A stretch of 34,793 bases of DNA from Oscillibacter sp. (GTDB lineage Bacteria > Bacillota > Clostridia > Oscillospirales > Oscillospiraceae). Both the position numbers and the translations under genes were made by a program. Below are positions 27,325-34,793 of this stretch, piece by piece. Location: assembly GCA_022796315.1 (NCBI GenBank), contig JAAWIL010000001.1, positions 1 to 34,793 of the forward strand, written 5' to 3'. Each line of letters begins with the position of its first letter. Position 1 is the stretch's first letter. The notes beneath the pieces are model-generated. The model was not told the origin of the DNA, did not search any database, and was given only the letters and a program-made list of their open reading frames with translations.

Positions 27325-27535
27325 AAATCATTCGCCTCCAACATTCATAAAATTCAGGAAATTTACGGGGTAGGGGAGACTGCTTCCTTTTAATACCACC
27401 CCCTTTGCCGGATGTGCCGCAGCACCCTTCCCGTATTCTGGATTGCGCCGCTGTCCGGGAGATCCCAGCTATCACTTACAGGCTGGCGCCGCTGTGTTTG
27501 AATCCAACTTGCGCGCACAGAGTCCGCGTCGATAT

Positions 27536-27654
27536 ATCATATCATCAGATGATATGGGTAAATGCGTTGGAAAACAGTGATTATCAACAGAAATATCATT
27601 TAGTCATAATAGAAAGTGTAAAATTTTAATAATCATATCATCAGATGTTTGCAA
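27536..27654 (-). promoter_or_regulatory. Two FadR-type operators and probable promoter of block C
   Basis: atcatatcatcagatg repeated at 27536 and 27632; first copy lies in the perfect dyad catatcatc-a-gatgatatg; second abuts TTGCAA on the minus strand. Confidence 0.72.
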
Positions 27655-27796
27655 GACAAATACAGGTACAGAAAAAATGACATTGGAAAACAGATGGAGT
27701 CCCTGACTGCTCCAGACAGACACCAAAGAGCGCGGTTTGTGCCGGGAGTCTGGAAAAGCTGGGACAAACCTCCGGAGTGGCAGCCGCGAGAGTCCG

Positions 27797-28501
27797 TCAT
27801 CTGTCAATGTTCAAGCGGATAATATTGCCAGTTACCTCGTCCAAATGGGCGGTTGTGGCCTCCAGACAGCGAATTTTATCCTGCGCCTTCAACGCGTCCA
27901 AGATGGCCTGGTGCGCCACATGGGCGGCCTCGGCAATATCGCTGTAACACATGATCTTATACAGCAGCTCACTGCGCATCCGATAGATCATCCGTTCAAT
28001 TTGAATCAACAGGGGATTTCCGGTGCAGGTTAAAAGCAGCTTGTGAAAAGCCCGGTCAGCCTGAACGCAGGCCTCCAGTCCGTTTTTATAGTCCAGCTGG
28101 TCCACAAGGGCCTGCAGCTCAGACAGCACCTTGGGGGAGAGCTTGTTGTAGATCAGCATCATGGTGCCGGTCTCAACTACCCGGCGCAGCTCAATAAAAC
28201 TATGAAAATTGGCATTCGGCATGTAGCCGATAATTTCAAAAAACTGTTCCGCAGTTTGATCGGTGATGAAGGTGCCCTCTCCCTGCCGGATCTCCACCAG
28301 GCCATAGGCGGCCAAAATCCGCATCCCCTCCCGCAGGGAAGACCGGCCTACGCCGATCGTCTCAGCAAGAATTGCCTCATTGGGCAGCTTATCTCCAACC
28401 ACATACTGGCCGCTCTGGATGGCGGCTCTGATGTAACTGATCACCTGATCTACAGCGCCCATGCGGCCAATATGCCTGTGCTCGTCCATTGGTTTTACCA
28501 T
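27797..28501 (-). CDS. GntR/FadR-family regulator
   Basis: GDKLPNE..GVGRSSLRE..RQGEGTF, FCD domain DRAFH..GNPLL; start 28501 or 28489. Confidence 0.92.
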   Translation of the reverse strand: MVKPMDEHRHIGRMGAVDQVISYIRAAIQSGQYVVGDKLPNEAILAETIGVGRSSLREGMRILAAYGLVEIRQGEGTFITDQTAEQFFEIIGYMPNANFHSFIELRRVVETGTMMLIYNKLSPKVLSELQALVDQLDYKNGLEACVQADRAFHKLLLTCTGNPLLIQIERMIYRMRSELLYKIMCYSDIAEAAHVAHQAILDALKAQDKIRCLEATTAHLDEVTGNIIRLNIDR

Positions 28502-28547
28502 AATCATCACCACATACATCTGCTCATCTGATCTTCGCCCTGCGTAT

Positions 28548-28577
28548 ATGTTACCTCGATTTCTCATCAGCTGTCAA
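28548..28577 (-). promoter_or_regulatory. Promoter of the GntR gene
   Basis: TTGACA-18 bp-TAACAT overlapping the operator-like tcatcagctgt. Confidence 0.5.
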
Positions 28578-28962
28578 CGATTTTTTAAAAGAACGTATTT
28601 TTTTGTCATCAATGCCAGATTGCTGCATGTTTTTTTAGAGACAACGACCGAAAAAGAAAATGCACGGCGCCATGCGGAAGGGGATCGATTGAAAGGGAAG
28701 ATGGGCGTTTGATCCGCTGCGGGCCAAGACCCCTTGTCCCTGAAATTGTGGAGCCGCGTTTTGGCACTGCCTTGGATCACCCCAACGGCCGCGCCTCCGC
28801 AAAAGGCGCCGGACATCCCATGAACCATTTCCGGGCGGCCGGCGAACCGGATGGCGCCGCTGAGGGGAACAGCGGCAGGATTCGACTTTTTTCCCAATGC
28901 CAATTGAAATTGGCAGACAATTTCTTCCAATTCGTATATGCTTGGTACTGGAGGTGTTATCT

Positions 28963-29277
28963 ATGCCCAAATCAAGAAGTGCATACAGAAAATTCCCCAA
29001 TGTGAGCAGCTACCTGAGCGAGAAGATATTTGGGAGAAGGAAGGCGATGAAAGTATCGCAGAGCGCGCTTGCGGAGAGGACCGGTCTCACCCGGAACTGC
29101 ATCCAGCAAATGGAGTGCTATGAACATCTGCCGCTGCCGTCCACCATGTTCAAGCTGATCCAGGCCCTGGAATTCAGCGACGAAGAGACTGCGCGGTTTT
29201 GGGAAGAGCTTGAGGAGGCGTATCATCAGGACAGGGTGCTTCAAGAGGCGAACGCCGAGACGCCGCAAAAAGTATGA
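28963..29277 (+). CDS. XRE-family HTH protein (104 aa)
   Basis: GGAGG RBS; RRKAMKVSQSALAERTGLTRNCIQQME; perfect dyad tgccaatt-ga-aattggca upstream (28898-28915). Confidence 0.85.
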   Translation: MPKSRSAYRKFPNVSSYLSEKIFGRRKAMKVSQSALAERTGLTRNCIQQMECYEHLPLPSTMFKLIQALEFSDEETARFWEELEEAYHQDRVLQEANAETPQKV

Positions 29278-29333
29278 CGCGTCCGCGCGTGTGGCCCCGC
29301 TGAACCTGTGTGCGCTAAACGGGAGGTGTTTTC

Positions 29334-29570
29334 GTGTACCGCTATGAACCATTTCAAATGAAGCATTCCCTTTCCCACAGCTCCTATGGCATTCTTGGCA
29401 AAGAAGAACAGGACGGAATCTGGATCACGGTGGCGGTCGCCGCCGCCTTTTCCGATAACCGGGAAGCCGTCTCGCGCCTGGCGGAAACGTGTACACGCCT
29501 GAGCCTTTCTCCGGAACAGCTTTTGGATGTGGTTGCGGATTTTATCACACAGGAAACGATGGATGCGTAA
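29334..29570 (+). CDS. Small conserved hypothetical protein (DUF6514-like)
   Basis: GGGAGG RBS, GTG start; YGI..S.NRE.V..L..LSPEQLLDVVADF pattern recalled from memory. Confidence 0.65.
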   Translation: MYRYEPFQMKHSLSHSSYGILGKEEQDGIWITVAVAAAFSDNREAVSRLAETCTRLSLSPEQLLDVVADFITQETMDA

Positions 29571-29617
29571 CACCCGTTCCTGCGTATTCGGACCGATGAA
29601 AAAGGCCCCGTGCCGCC

Positions 29618-30517
29618 TCAGGACGGGGGTCCCCCCCGGAGAGGCGCGCCGGGGAAGGATAAGTGAATTTCCAGCCTGCCGCCGGCGATGTTGGCGGACA
29701 CCCGGCCGCCCATCTGCTCCATCAGTTCCCGCACGATGGAAAGGCCCAGGCCGGCGCCGCCCTTTGCCCGGGCGGGGCTGCCCTGATAGAAGCGGTCAAA
29801 CAGCCGCTCCGGGTCCGGCCGGGGGCCGGGGGGCAGGTCGTTGGAAAAGCAGAGCTCCCCGTCCCGGCCGGAGATGGCCAGCCCACCGCCGCCGTGGCGC
29901 AGGGCGTTGACAAGCAGGTTCCGGTACACCCGCCCCAGAGCCTCCGGACTGGCCCAGACCTTCAGGTCCTCCCGGTCAAACCGCAGCTCCGGCTCCACCC
30001 CCGCCGCCTTCAGCTGGGGGTAACACTCCGCCAGGGCGTCCCACAGGGGCGGCAGGGCCGCCAGCTCTCCGCACGCCAGGGGCAGAGAGCCGCTTTGCAG
30101 GCGCGTGTAGAGGAACAGCTCCTCCAAAAGGCCCTCCAGCTCCTCCAGCCGCTTTTTTACGATGCCCAGGGACTCTCCCTGCCGGTCCGGCTCCCGCTCC
30201 AGCAGCTGCAGGTAGCCCATGGCCCCGGCCAGCGGGGTGCGGATGTCGTGGGAGACGCAGGCCATGGTGTATTTCAGCTCCTGCTCCCGTTTCTGCGTCT
30301 CCAGGCGGAGCCGCCGCCCCTCCTCCAGCCGCAGGTTCACCGCCCGGCACAGCCGCCGGGGGGCCGCGCCGGACATCCGCACTGTCAGGCGCAGGTTGCT
30401 CTCCGCCGGGGTCTCCTCCAGAATCCGGGCCATCTCCAGCATCTGGGCGCGGTAGGCCCACAGGCGCGCCAAGGCGAGCCCCAGGGCGGCCAGGGCGAAC
30501 AGCAGGGAAGGCAGCAT
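29618..30517 (-). CDS. Sensor histidine kinase with a single short N-terminal TM segment
   Basis: VSHDIRTPL, NLLVNALRH, LFDRFY, GAGLGLSIV. Confidence 0.93.
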   Translation of the reverse strand: MLPSLLFALAALGLALARLWAYRAQMLEMARILEETPAESNLRLTVRMSGAAPRRLCRAVNLRLEEGRRLRLETQKREQELKYTMACVSHDIRTPLAGAMGYLQLLEREPDRQGESLGIVKKRLEELEGLLEELFLYTRLQSGSLPLACGELAALPPLWDALAECYPQLKAAGVEPELRFDREDLKVWASPEALGRVYRNLLVNALRHGGGGLAISGRDGELCFSNDLPPGPRPDPERLFDRFYQGSPARAKGGAGLGLSIVRELMEQMGGRVSANIAGGRLEIHLSFPGAPLRGGPPS

Positions 30518-30532
30518 GGAAATTCCTCCTTA

Positions 30533-30675
30533 GAGCCTGTATTCATAACCGGGGAATGCCGGATGGGGCCCCGCGAAATCGAAGATTTCGTGGGGAGAGG
30601 AAGAAACGGAACTGAGTGAACTTCCTTCTGGCGAAGACGGTTCGGACGGTGTTCAGCGGGTGTGAATACAGCCTC
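30533..30675. mobile_element. 143-bp MITE, IS5/PIF-Harbinger-like
   Basis: TIRs gagcctgtattcata / tgtgaatacagcctc (13/15 match); TTA duplicated at 30530-30532 and 30676-30678. Confidence 0.8.
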
Positions 30676-31482
30676 TTAAAGATCCTGCTTCGCCATGGAC
30701 AGCAGGCTTCCGATTCCGTAGACCGCCGCCCAGGCGATGGTGCATGCCAAAACCGTTCCAATCGGAGCAAGCCCGCTCTCCGGCATGTGGATGCCCTTCA
30801 CCACGGCGGCGAGAAAATACTGCTCCACGGGAGGCCAGCGCAGCAGCCTGCCCAGCGCTGCCGCCAGGGCGGCCGTCAGCCCGCTCCCGGACACCAGGGA
30901 CAGGATGATGCCCAGGGTGCTGCCTCTGGTCAGCGCGACCAGGACCAGAGCCATGAGGCCGAAGGCCCAGTGGGGCAGCCACATCCAGAGCGTATACCGC
31001 AAAATTTCTGAAATCGAATCCGGCGCCGGGTACATCTGGATCAGCATGGGGACCAGCAGCATCAGCAGGACGGATAACACCGTCAAGATTCCGCTGTAAA
31101 CGCCCGCCAGTACGATTTTTGACAGCACATAGTCCCGGCGGCGGGGCCTGACAGAACAGATATTTTTGATAAATCCGCTGGAAAAATCGCCGTTGACAAA
31201 CAGCGTCATTCCAATCCCCGTCATGACCAGCAAAAAGCCGCTTCCCAGAGTTTCGTGCATCAGATCCAGCTGGGAGAGATTGTGGATATACTCGCTCATC
31301 ATGCGGTCGGATTCCGTGATTTCCGCCCCCTGGGCCTCCATCGCGTCCATCATTTCCGAGTCCGCCACCGCGTAAGCCATGACGGTCACCAGGATCAGCA
31401 TCACAGCCGTCACGGCCAGAATCACGTAAAAGCTCCGGCTCCGAAACAGCCGCCGCAGGTCCATACACAGCAGATTAAACAT
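30676..31482 (-). CDS. ABC-2 type exporter permease (268 aa)
   Basis: About 6 TM helices, DFSSGFIKN..R..YVLSK; start overlaps the ATPase end. Confidence 0.88.
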   Translation of the reverse strand: MFNLLCMDLRRLFRSRSFYVILAVTAVMLILVTVMAYAVADSEMMDAMEAQGAEITESDRMMSEYIHNLSQLDLMHETLGSGFLLVMTGIGMTLFVNGDFSSGFIKNICSVRPRRRDYVLSKIVLAGVYSGILTVLSVLLMLLVPMLIQMYPAPDSISEILRYTLWMWLPHWAFGLMALVLVALTRGSTLGIILSLVSGSGLTAALAAALGRLLRWPPVEQYFLAAVVKGIHMPESGLAPIGTVLACTIAWAAVYGIGSLLSMAKQDL

Positions 31483-32386
31483 GACCGCCGCCTCCCATCC
31501 GCTCCAGAAAATATGCCTCCAGGTCCTGCCGGTGCAGGCCCATCTCCTCAATGGAAATCCCCGCCTGGGTGAGAAGCCGCCCCACGGCCTTGGTGTCCAC
31601 GGCCTCATAAATGCGCAGCTCGCCCTCCGGACGCATCTCCCAGCGCTTGAGGCGGAGCTCCCGCTCCAGCAGGGCCGCCGCCCTCTGGGGCTGGTCCGCT
31701 TTCAGGTGCAGGTAGTCGGCGCAGTTCTGCTCCAGCCCGGCGGCGGTGATCTGCTCCACCATCCGGCCCTCCTGGATGATGCCGTACCGGGTGGCGATTT
31801 TGCTCAGTTCCCCCAGGATGTGGGAGCTCACCAGGATGGTCAGGCCCCGCTCCCGGTTCAGCCGCAGCAGGAGCTCCCGCATCTCCCGGATGCCCTCCGG
31901 GTCCAGGCCGTTGATGGGCTCGTCCAGCAGCAGCAGGTCCGGCCCGCCCAGCAGGGCCAGGGCCACCCCCAGGCGCTGCTTCATGCCCATGGAGTAGTGG
32001 CGTAAGGGCTTTTTCTCCGCGGCGGACAGGCCCACGGTCCTCAAGATCTCCTCCACCTGCCGCGCCGGGCTGTCCAGACCCAGCAGGGCGGCGTGCAGCC
32101 GCAGGTTCTCCCGGCCGCTGAGGCCGGGGTAGAGTCCCGGCTGTTCAATGAGCACCCCCACCCGGCGGCGGGCCACCGGGTCCTGGACGGGCTTGCCGAA
32201 AATCAGCGCCTCCCCCTGGGTGGGCCGGGCCAATCCGCAGAGGAGTTTTAAGGTGGTGGACTTGCCCGCGCCGTTGCGGCCGATAAAGCCGTAGATGTCC
32301 CCCTGTTCCACCCGCAGGTCCAGGTGGTCCACGGCCCATTTGTCCCGGTACCGTTTGGACAGGCCTCTTGTTTCGATCACTGCCAT
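31475..32386 (-). CDS. ABC transporter ATPase, BcrA/LanF-like (303 aa)
   Basis: GRNGAGKST, YSMGMKQRL, LLLDEPINGLDP, SSHILGE. Confidence 0.94.
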   Translation of the reverse strand: MAVIETRGLSKRYRDKWAVDHLDLRVEQGDIYGFIGRNGAGKSTTLKLLCGLARPTQGEALIFGKPVQDPVARRRVGVLIEQPGLYPGLSGRENLRLHAALLGLDSPARQVEEILRTVGLSAAEKKPLRHYSMGMKQRLGVALALLGGPDLLLLDEPINGLDPEGIREMRELLLRLNRERGLTILVSSHILGELSKIATRYGIIQEGRMVEQITAAGLEQNCADYLHLKADQPQRAAALLERELRLKRWEMRPEGELRIYEAVDTKAVGRLLTQAGISIEEMGLHRQDLEAYFLERMGGGGHV

Positions 32387-32444
32387 AGGAACCCCCTCCT
32401 TTTTTGTTTGCAGGCTCAGTCTGGCAGACAAGTGCCCAAATATC

Positions 32445-32472
32445 GCAAAGGAAAGGTAAAGAAAGGGTAAAG
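32445..32472 (-). promoter_or_regulatory. OmpR-type direct repeats upstream of the ABC genes
   Basis: CTTTAC, CTTTAC, CTTTGC at exact 11-bp period. Confidence 0.55.
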
Positions 32473-32473
32473 T

Positions 32474-33145
32474 TTACTCGGCCAGCTTGAACCCGATGCC
32501 CCACACGGTCTGGATGTAGCCGTCCGTTCCGCTGGGCCGGAGCTTGGCCCGGATGTTGCTCATGTGGACGGTGATGGTCTTGTCCTCCACGGCGCAGGCC
32601 TCCTGCCAGACCGCCTCATAGATCTGCTGCTTGGTGAAGACCCGCTTGGGGCGGCCGGCCAGCAGCTCCACGATCCGGAACTCGTGGGCGGTGAGATTGA
32701 CCGGCTGGCCGGCGGCGGTCAGGGTCATCTCCTCCAGATTCAGGACCCAGTCCCGGTAGCGCAGGGCGGTTTCCGCCGGGAGGGCGCTGACGTGGCGGAG
32801 CTGGACCAGGATTCTGGCCCACAGCTCCTCCAGCTGGCAGGGCTTGGTGAGGTAGTCGTCGGCCCCCAGGCCCAGCAACTCCACCTTGTCGGCCAGCTCG
32901 CTTTTGGCCGACAGAACGATCACCGGCGTCCGGCTGGTTTTGCGGATTTCCGCAATCAGCGCGCTGCCGGACAGTCCCGGGAGCATCAGGTCCACCAGCA
33001 GCAGATCCACCCCGCCCGCCTGCCAGAGGAGCCGCCCCTCGGTGCCGGAAAAGGCCTGGAGGCACTGGCAGCCCTGCCGGCGCAGGTACTGGGCGGTGGA
33101 GTTGTTGATGTCGGTATCGTCTTCAATAATTAGAATGCGGGGCAT
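32474..33145 (-). CDS. OmpR-family response regulator
   Basis: IIEDD, VDLMLPG, GADDYLTKP, IQTVWGIGFK. Confidence 0.95.
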   Translation of the reverse strand: MPRILIIEDDTDINNSTAQYLRRQGCQCLQAFSGTEGRLLWQAGGVDLLLVDLMLPGLSGSALIAEIRKTSRTPVIVLSAKSELADKVELLGLGADDYLTKPCQLEELWARILVQLRHVSALPAETALRYRDWVLNLEEMTLTAAGQPVNLTAHEFRIVELLAGRPKRVFTKQQIYEAVWQEACAVEDKTITVHMSNIRAKLRPSGTDGYIQTVWGIGFKLAE

Positions 33146-33254
33146 GGGAAGGGCCTCCTCAGTCGTTTTTGAAGATTATACCGTATTTTGGAGGGGAAGG
33201 AAATCCCCTGGAAAAAAATCCGGGCCGCGCGGCAAAAAAAGTTCAAATCCCCCC

Positions 33255-33285
33255 TTGACTCTCACACGGTGGTAGATGTTAAGAT
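33255..33285 (+). promoter_or_regulatory. MerR-type promoter
   Basis: TTGACT-19 bp-TAAGAT with the dyad tctcac-acg-gtg-gt-aga. Confidence 0.8.
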
Positions 33286-33323
33286 GTCCTTGAGCTCAAG
33301 AACACGAAGATGTGAGGTGCCTC

Positions 33324-34142
33324 ATGCTAAAGATCGGAGAATTTTCAAAACTGTCCAGAATCAGCATCCGTATGCTGCGCCGGTACGACGAGGTGGGCCT
33401 GCTGACGCCGGAGACCACCGATGCCTTCACCGGCTACCGCTACTACAGCGAGTACCAGCTTCCCGCCGCCAACCGCATCACGGCCCTGAAGCAGATGGGC
33501 TTCGGTCTGGCGGCCATCGCCGAGATCCTGCGGTGCTGGGACGACCCCACAGCGCTGGAGCGGTGCCTCGCCGTGAAGCGGGCGGAGGTGGAGACGGCCC
33601 TGGCGGAGGAGGCGCAGCGGCTGCGGCTTCTGGATACAGCCCTGGAGCGGCTGAGAAAGGATGAAGACAACATGAAGTACGATGTGACGGTCAAGACGAT
33701 TCCGGAGCGCTGTGTGGCCAGCGTCCGGCAGGTGATTTCCAACTACGACCGGGAGGGGGATCTGTGGGGCATCTACTGCCAGGAGACCGCCGGGATGAAG
33801 ATCCAGGACGGGGAGCCGATGTTCTGCGCCGCCGTGTACCACGACGGGGAGTACAAGGAGAGCGACGTGGATGTGGAGATCCAGAGGAGCGTGAAGGGGA
33901 CGTACCCCGACACGGAGCACGTGAAGTTTAAGACCGCCCCGGCGGTGCAGGCGGCCTCCGCCACCTTCCGGGGGAGCTATGACCAGATTGGGGGGATCAA
34001 TGAGGCCGTGGCCGCCTGGGTGCGGGAGAACGGCTGGGCCTTTGACGGGCCGATGTTCAACATCTACCACATCGGCCCCTATCAGACCCGGAACCCGGAG
34101 GAGTTTTTGACGGAGGTCTGCTACCCCGTGCGGAAGGAGTAA
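33324..34142 (+). CDS. MerR-family regulator with GyrI-like domain (BmrR-like)
   Basis: LKIGEFSKL..MLRRYDEVGLL..TGYRYY; C-terminal GPMFNIYH..TEVCYPV. Confidence 0.93.
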   Translation: MLKIGEFSKLSRISIRMLRRYDEVGLLTPETTDAFTGYRYYSEYQLPAANRITALKQMGFGLAAIAEILRCWDDPTALERCLAVKRAEVETALAEEAQRLRLLDTALERLRKDEDNMKYDVTVKTIPERCVASVRQVISNYDREGDLWGIYCQETAGMKIQDGEPMFCAAVYHDGEYKESDVDVEIQRSVKGTYPDTEHVKFKTAPAVQAASATFRGSYDQIGGINEAVAAWVRENGWAFDGPMFNIYHIGPYQTRNPEEFLTEVCYPVRKE

Positions 34143-34169
34143 CCGGGGAAGGACCGCCCCGGAACGTCG

Positions 34170-34197
34170 AGACCGCCGCCCGTAAAGGCGGCGGTCT
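34170..34197. terminator. Hairpin between convergent merR and xre
   Basis: agaccgccgcc/ggcggcggtct, 11-bp stem. Confidence 0.65.
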
Positions 34198-34423
34198 ATT
34201 TCCGTTTGCGGGGCGGATAGGGGCGGCGCTCGTCGGTGCGGCCCAGGAGATAGTCTACACTGGTGCCGTAGTAATCTGCCAGCCGTTCTGCCAGCTCCAG
34301 GGGCAGGGGGCGCTCCCCCCGCTCGTACTTGGAGTACAGGCTCTGGTCGCACAGCAGCTCCGCCGCCACCGTTTTCTGCTTGAGATCCAAATCCTCCCGG
34401 AGATCTCGAATGCGTAAGTTCAT
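34196..34423 (-). CDS. XRE-family HTH regulator (75 aa)
   Basis: RIRDLRED..QSLYSKYERG..SVDYLLGRTD. Confidence 0.92.
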   Translation of the reverse strand: MNLRIRDLREDLDLKQKTVAAELLCDQSLYSKYERGERPLPLELAERLADYYGTSVDYLLGRTDERRPYPPRKRK

Positions 34424-34512
34424 TGTATCACCCGAGATCAGTATATTTTGTACATATTGTCCTATTGAATTTTTGGACTAATTGTCCTAAAACATATATA
34501 GAGGTGATCTGA

Positions 34513-34677
34513 ATGAATCTGAATAGGCCATATTTCCTACTGTTCAACGCTATTACAGATGCGTTGTGCATGCTGGAAAACCAGAATTATGGGCATTCGC
34601 GGGAGACCTTACGATGCGCCCGGCAGAAGGCGGAGGAGTTGATTCTGGCTGAATCGGACGATGCGCCGGACGGTTGA
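34513..34677 (+). CDS. Small hypothetical protein (54 aa), absent from the ORF track
   Basis: GAGGTG RBS; MNLNRPYFLLFNAITDALCMLENQNYG..QKAEELI; divergent from xre; hairpin at 34660-34691. Confidence 0.65.
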   Translation: MNLNRPYFLLFNAITDALCMLENQNYGHSRETLRCARQKAEELILAESDDAPDG

Positions 34678-34701
34678 CCGTCCGGCGCATCAAATTTCTT
34701 A

Positions 34702-34793
34702 GAGCCTGTTTAGGATCTCAGCGTGCGGGGATTGGCGAGGGGATTTTTTGTCCAGCAAGGCAAAAAGCCGCCGCAATCCTGGCGGATTGCAAG
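34702..34793. mobile_element. Probable left end of a second MITE/IS, cut by the window edge
   Basis: TTA+GAGCCTGT start identical to the left end of the 30533 element. Confidence 0.5.

Noticed and set aside
28574-29005. Short ORFs of 83-121 aa in the gntR-xre spacer
   Set aside because: No convincing RBS or domain; mutually overlapping
1-34793. CRISPR arrays, tRNA/rRNA genes, transposases, integrases, phage or defence genes
   Set aside because: None seen

Overview
Chromosomal window from an anaerobic Firmicute (Clostridia; Oscillospiraceae-like by inference). About 28.5 kb is a metabolic island in three blocks. (A) Minus strand: AhpD-type CxxC protein, dihydrolipoamide dehydrogenase with two lipoyl-like domains, cytoplasmic bis-MGD molybdoenzyme, two Fe-S subunits, a vestigial aldehyde:ferredoxin oxidoreductase subunit and an FAD/NADH oxidoreductase, followed by a Moco riboswitch with terminator ahead of an ECF S-component-like gene. 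(B) Divergent plus strand: family I CoA-transferase, acyl-CoA dehydrogenase with Asp in place of the catalytic Glu, TRAP dctPQM and an MtaR/CpsY-like LysR, converging on marR-lplA. (C) Minus strand: FadR/GntR regulator, D-2-hydroxyacid dehydrogenase, dctQM, four-subunit 2-oxoacid:ferredoxin oxidoreductase, a divergent 4-hydroxybutyryl-CoA dehydratase-family protein and dctP. The last ~6 kb is visibly GC-richer and holds XRE genes, a two-component system with ABC exporter interrupted by a 143-bp MITE (TTA duplication), and a MerR regulator. Best candidates for new biology: a molybdoenzyme wired to an AOR-type NAD(H) module and a lipoyl/AhpD thiol relay (possibly organosulfur-acid metabolism), a candidate Moco importer, and the re-ligated AbfD-like enzyme. 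All calls come from motif reading by eye; no searches were run, and starts were often moved from the ORF track using RBS evidence.
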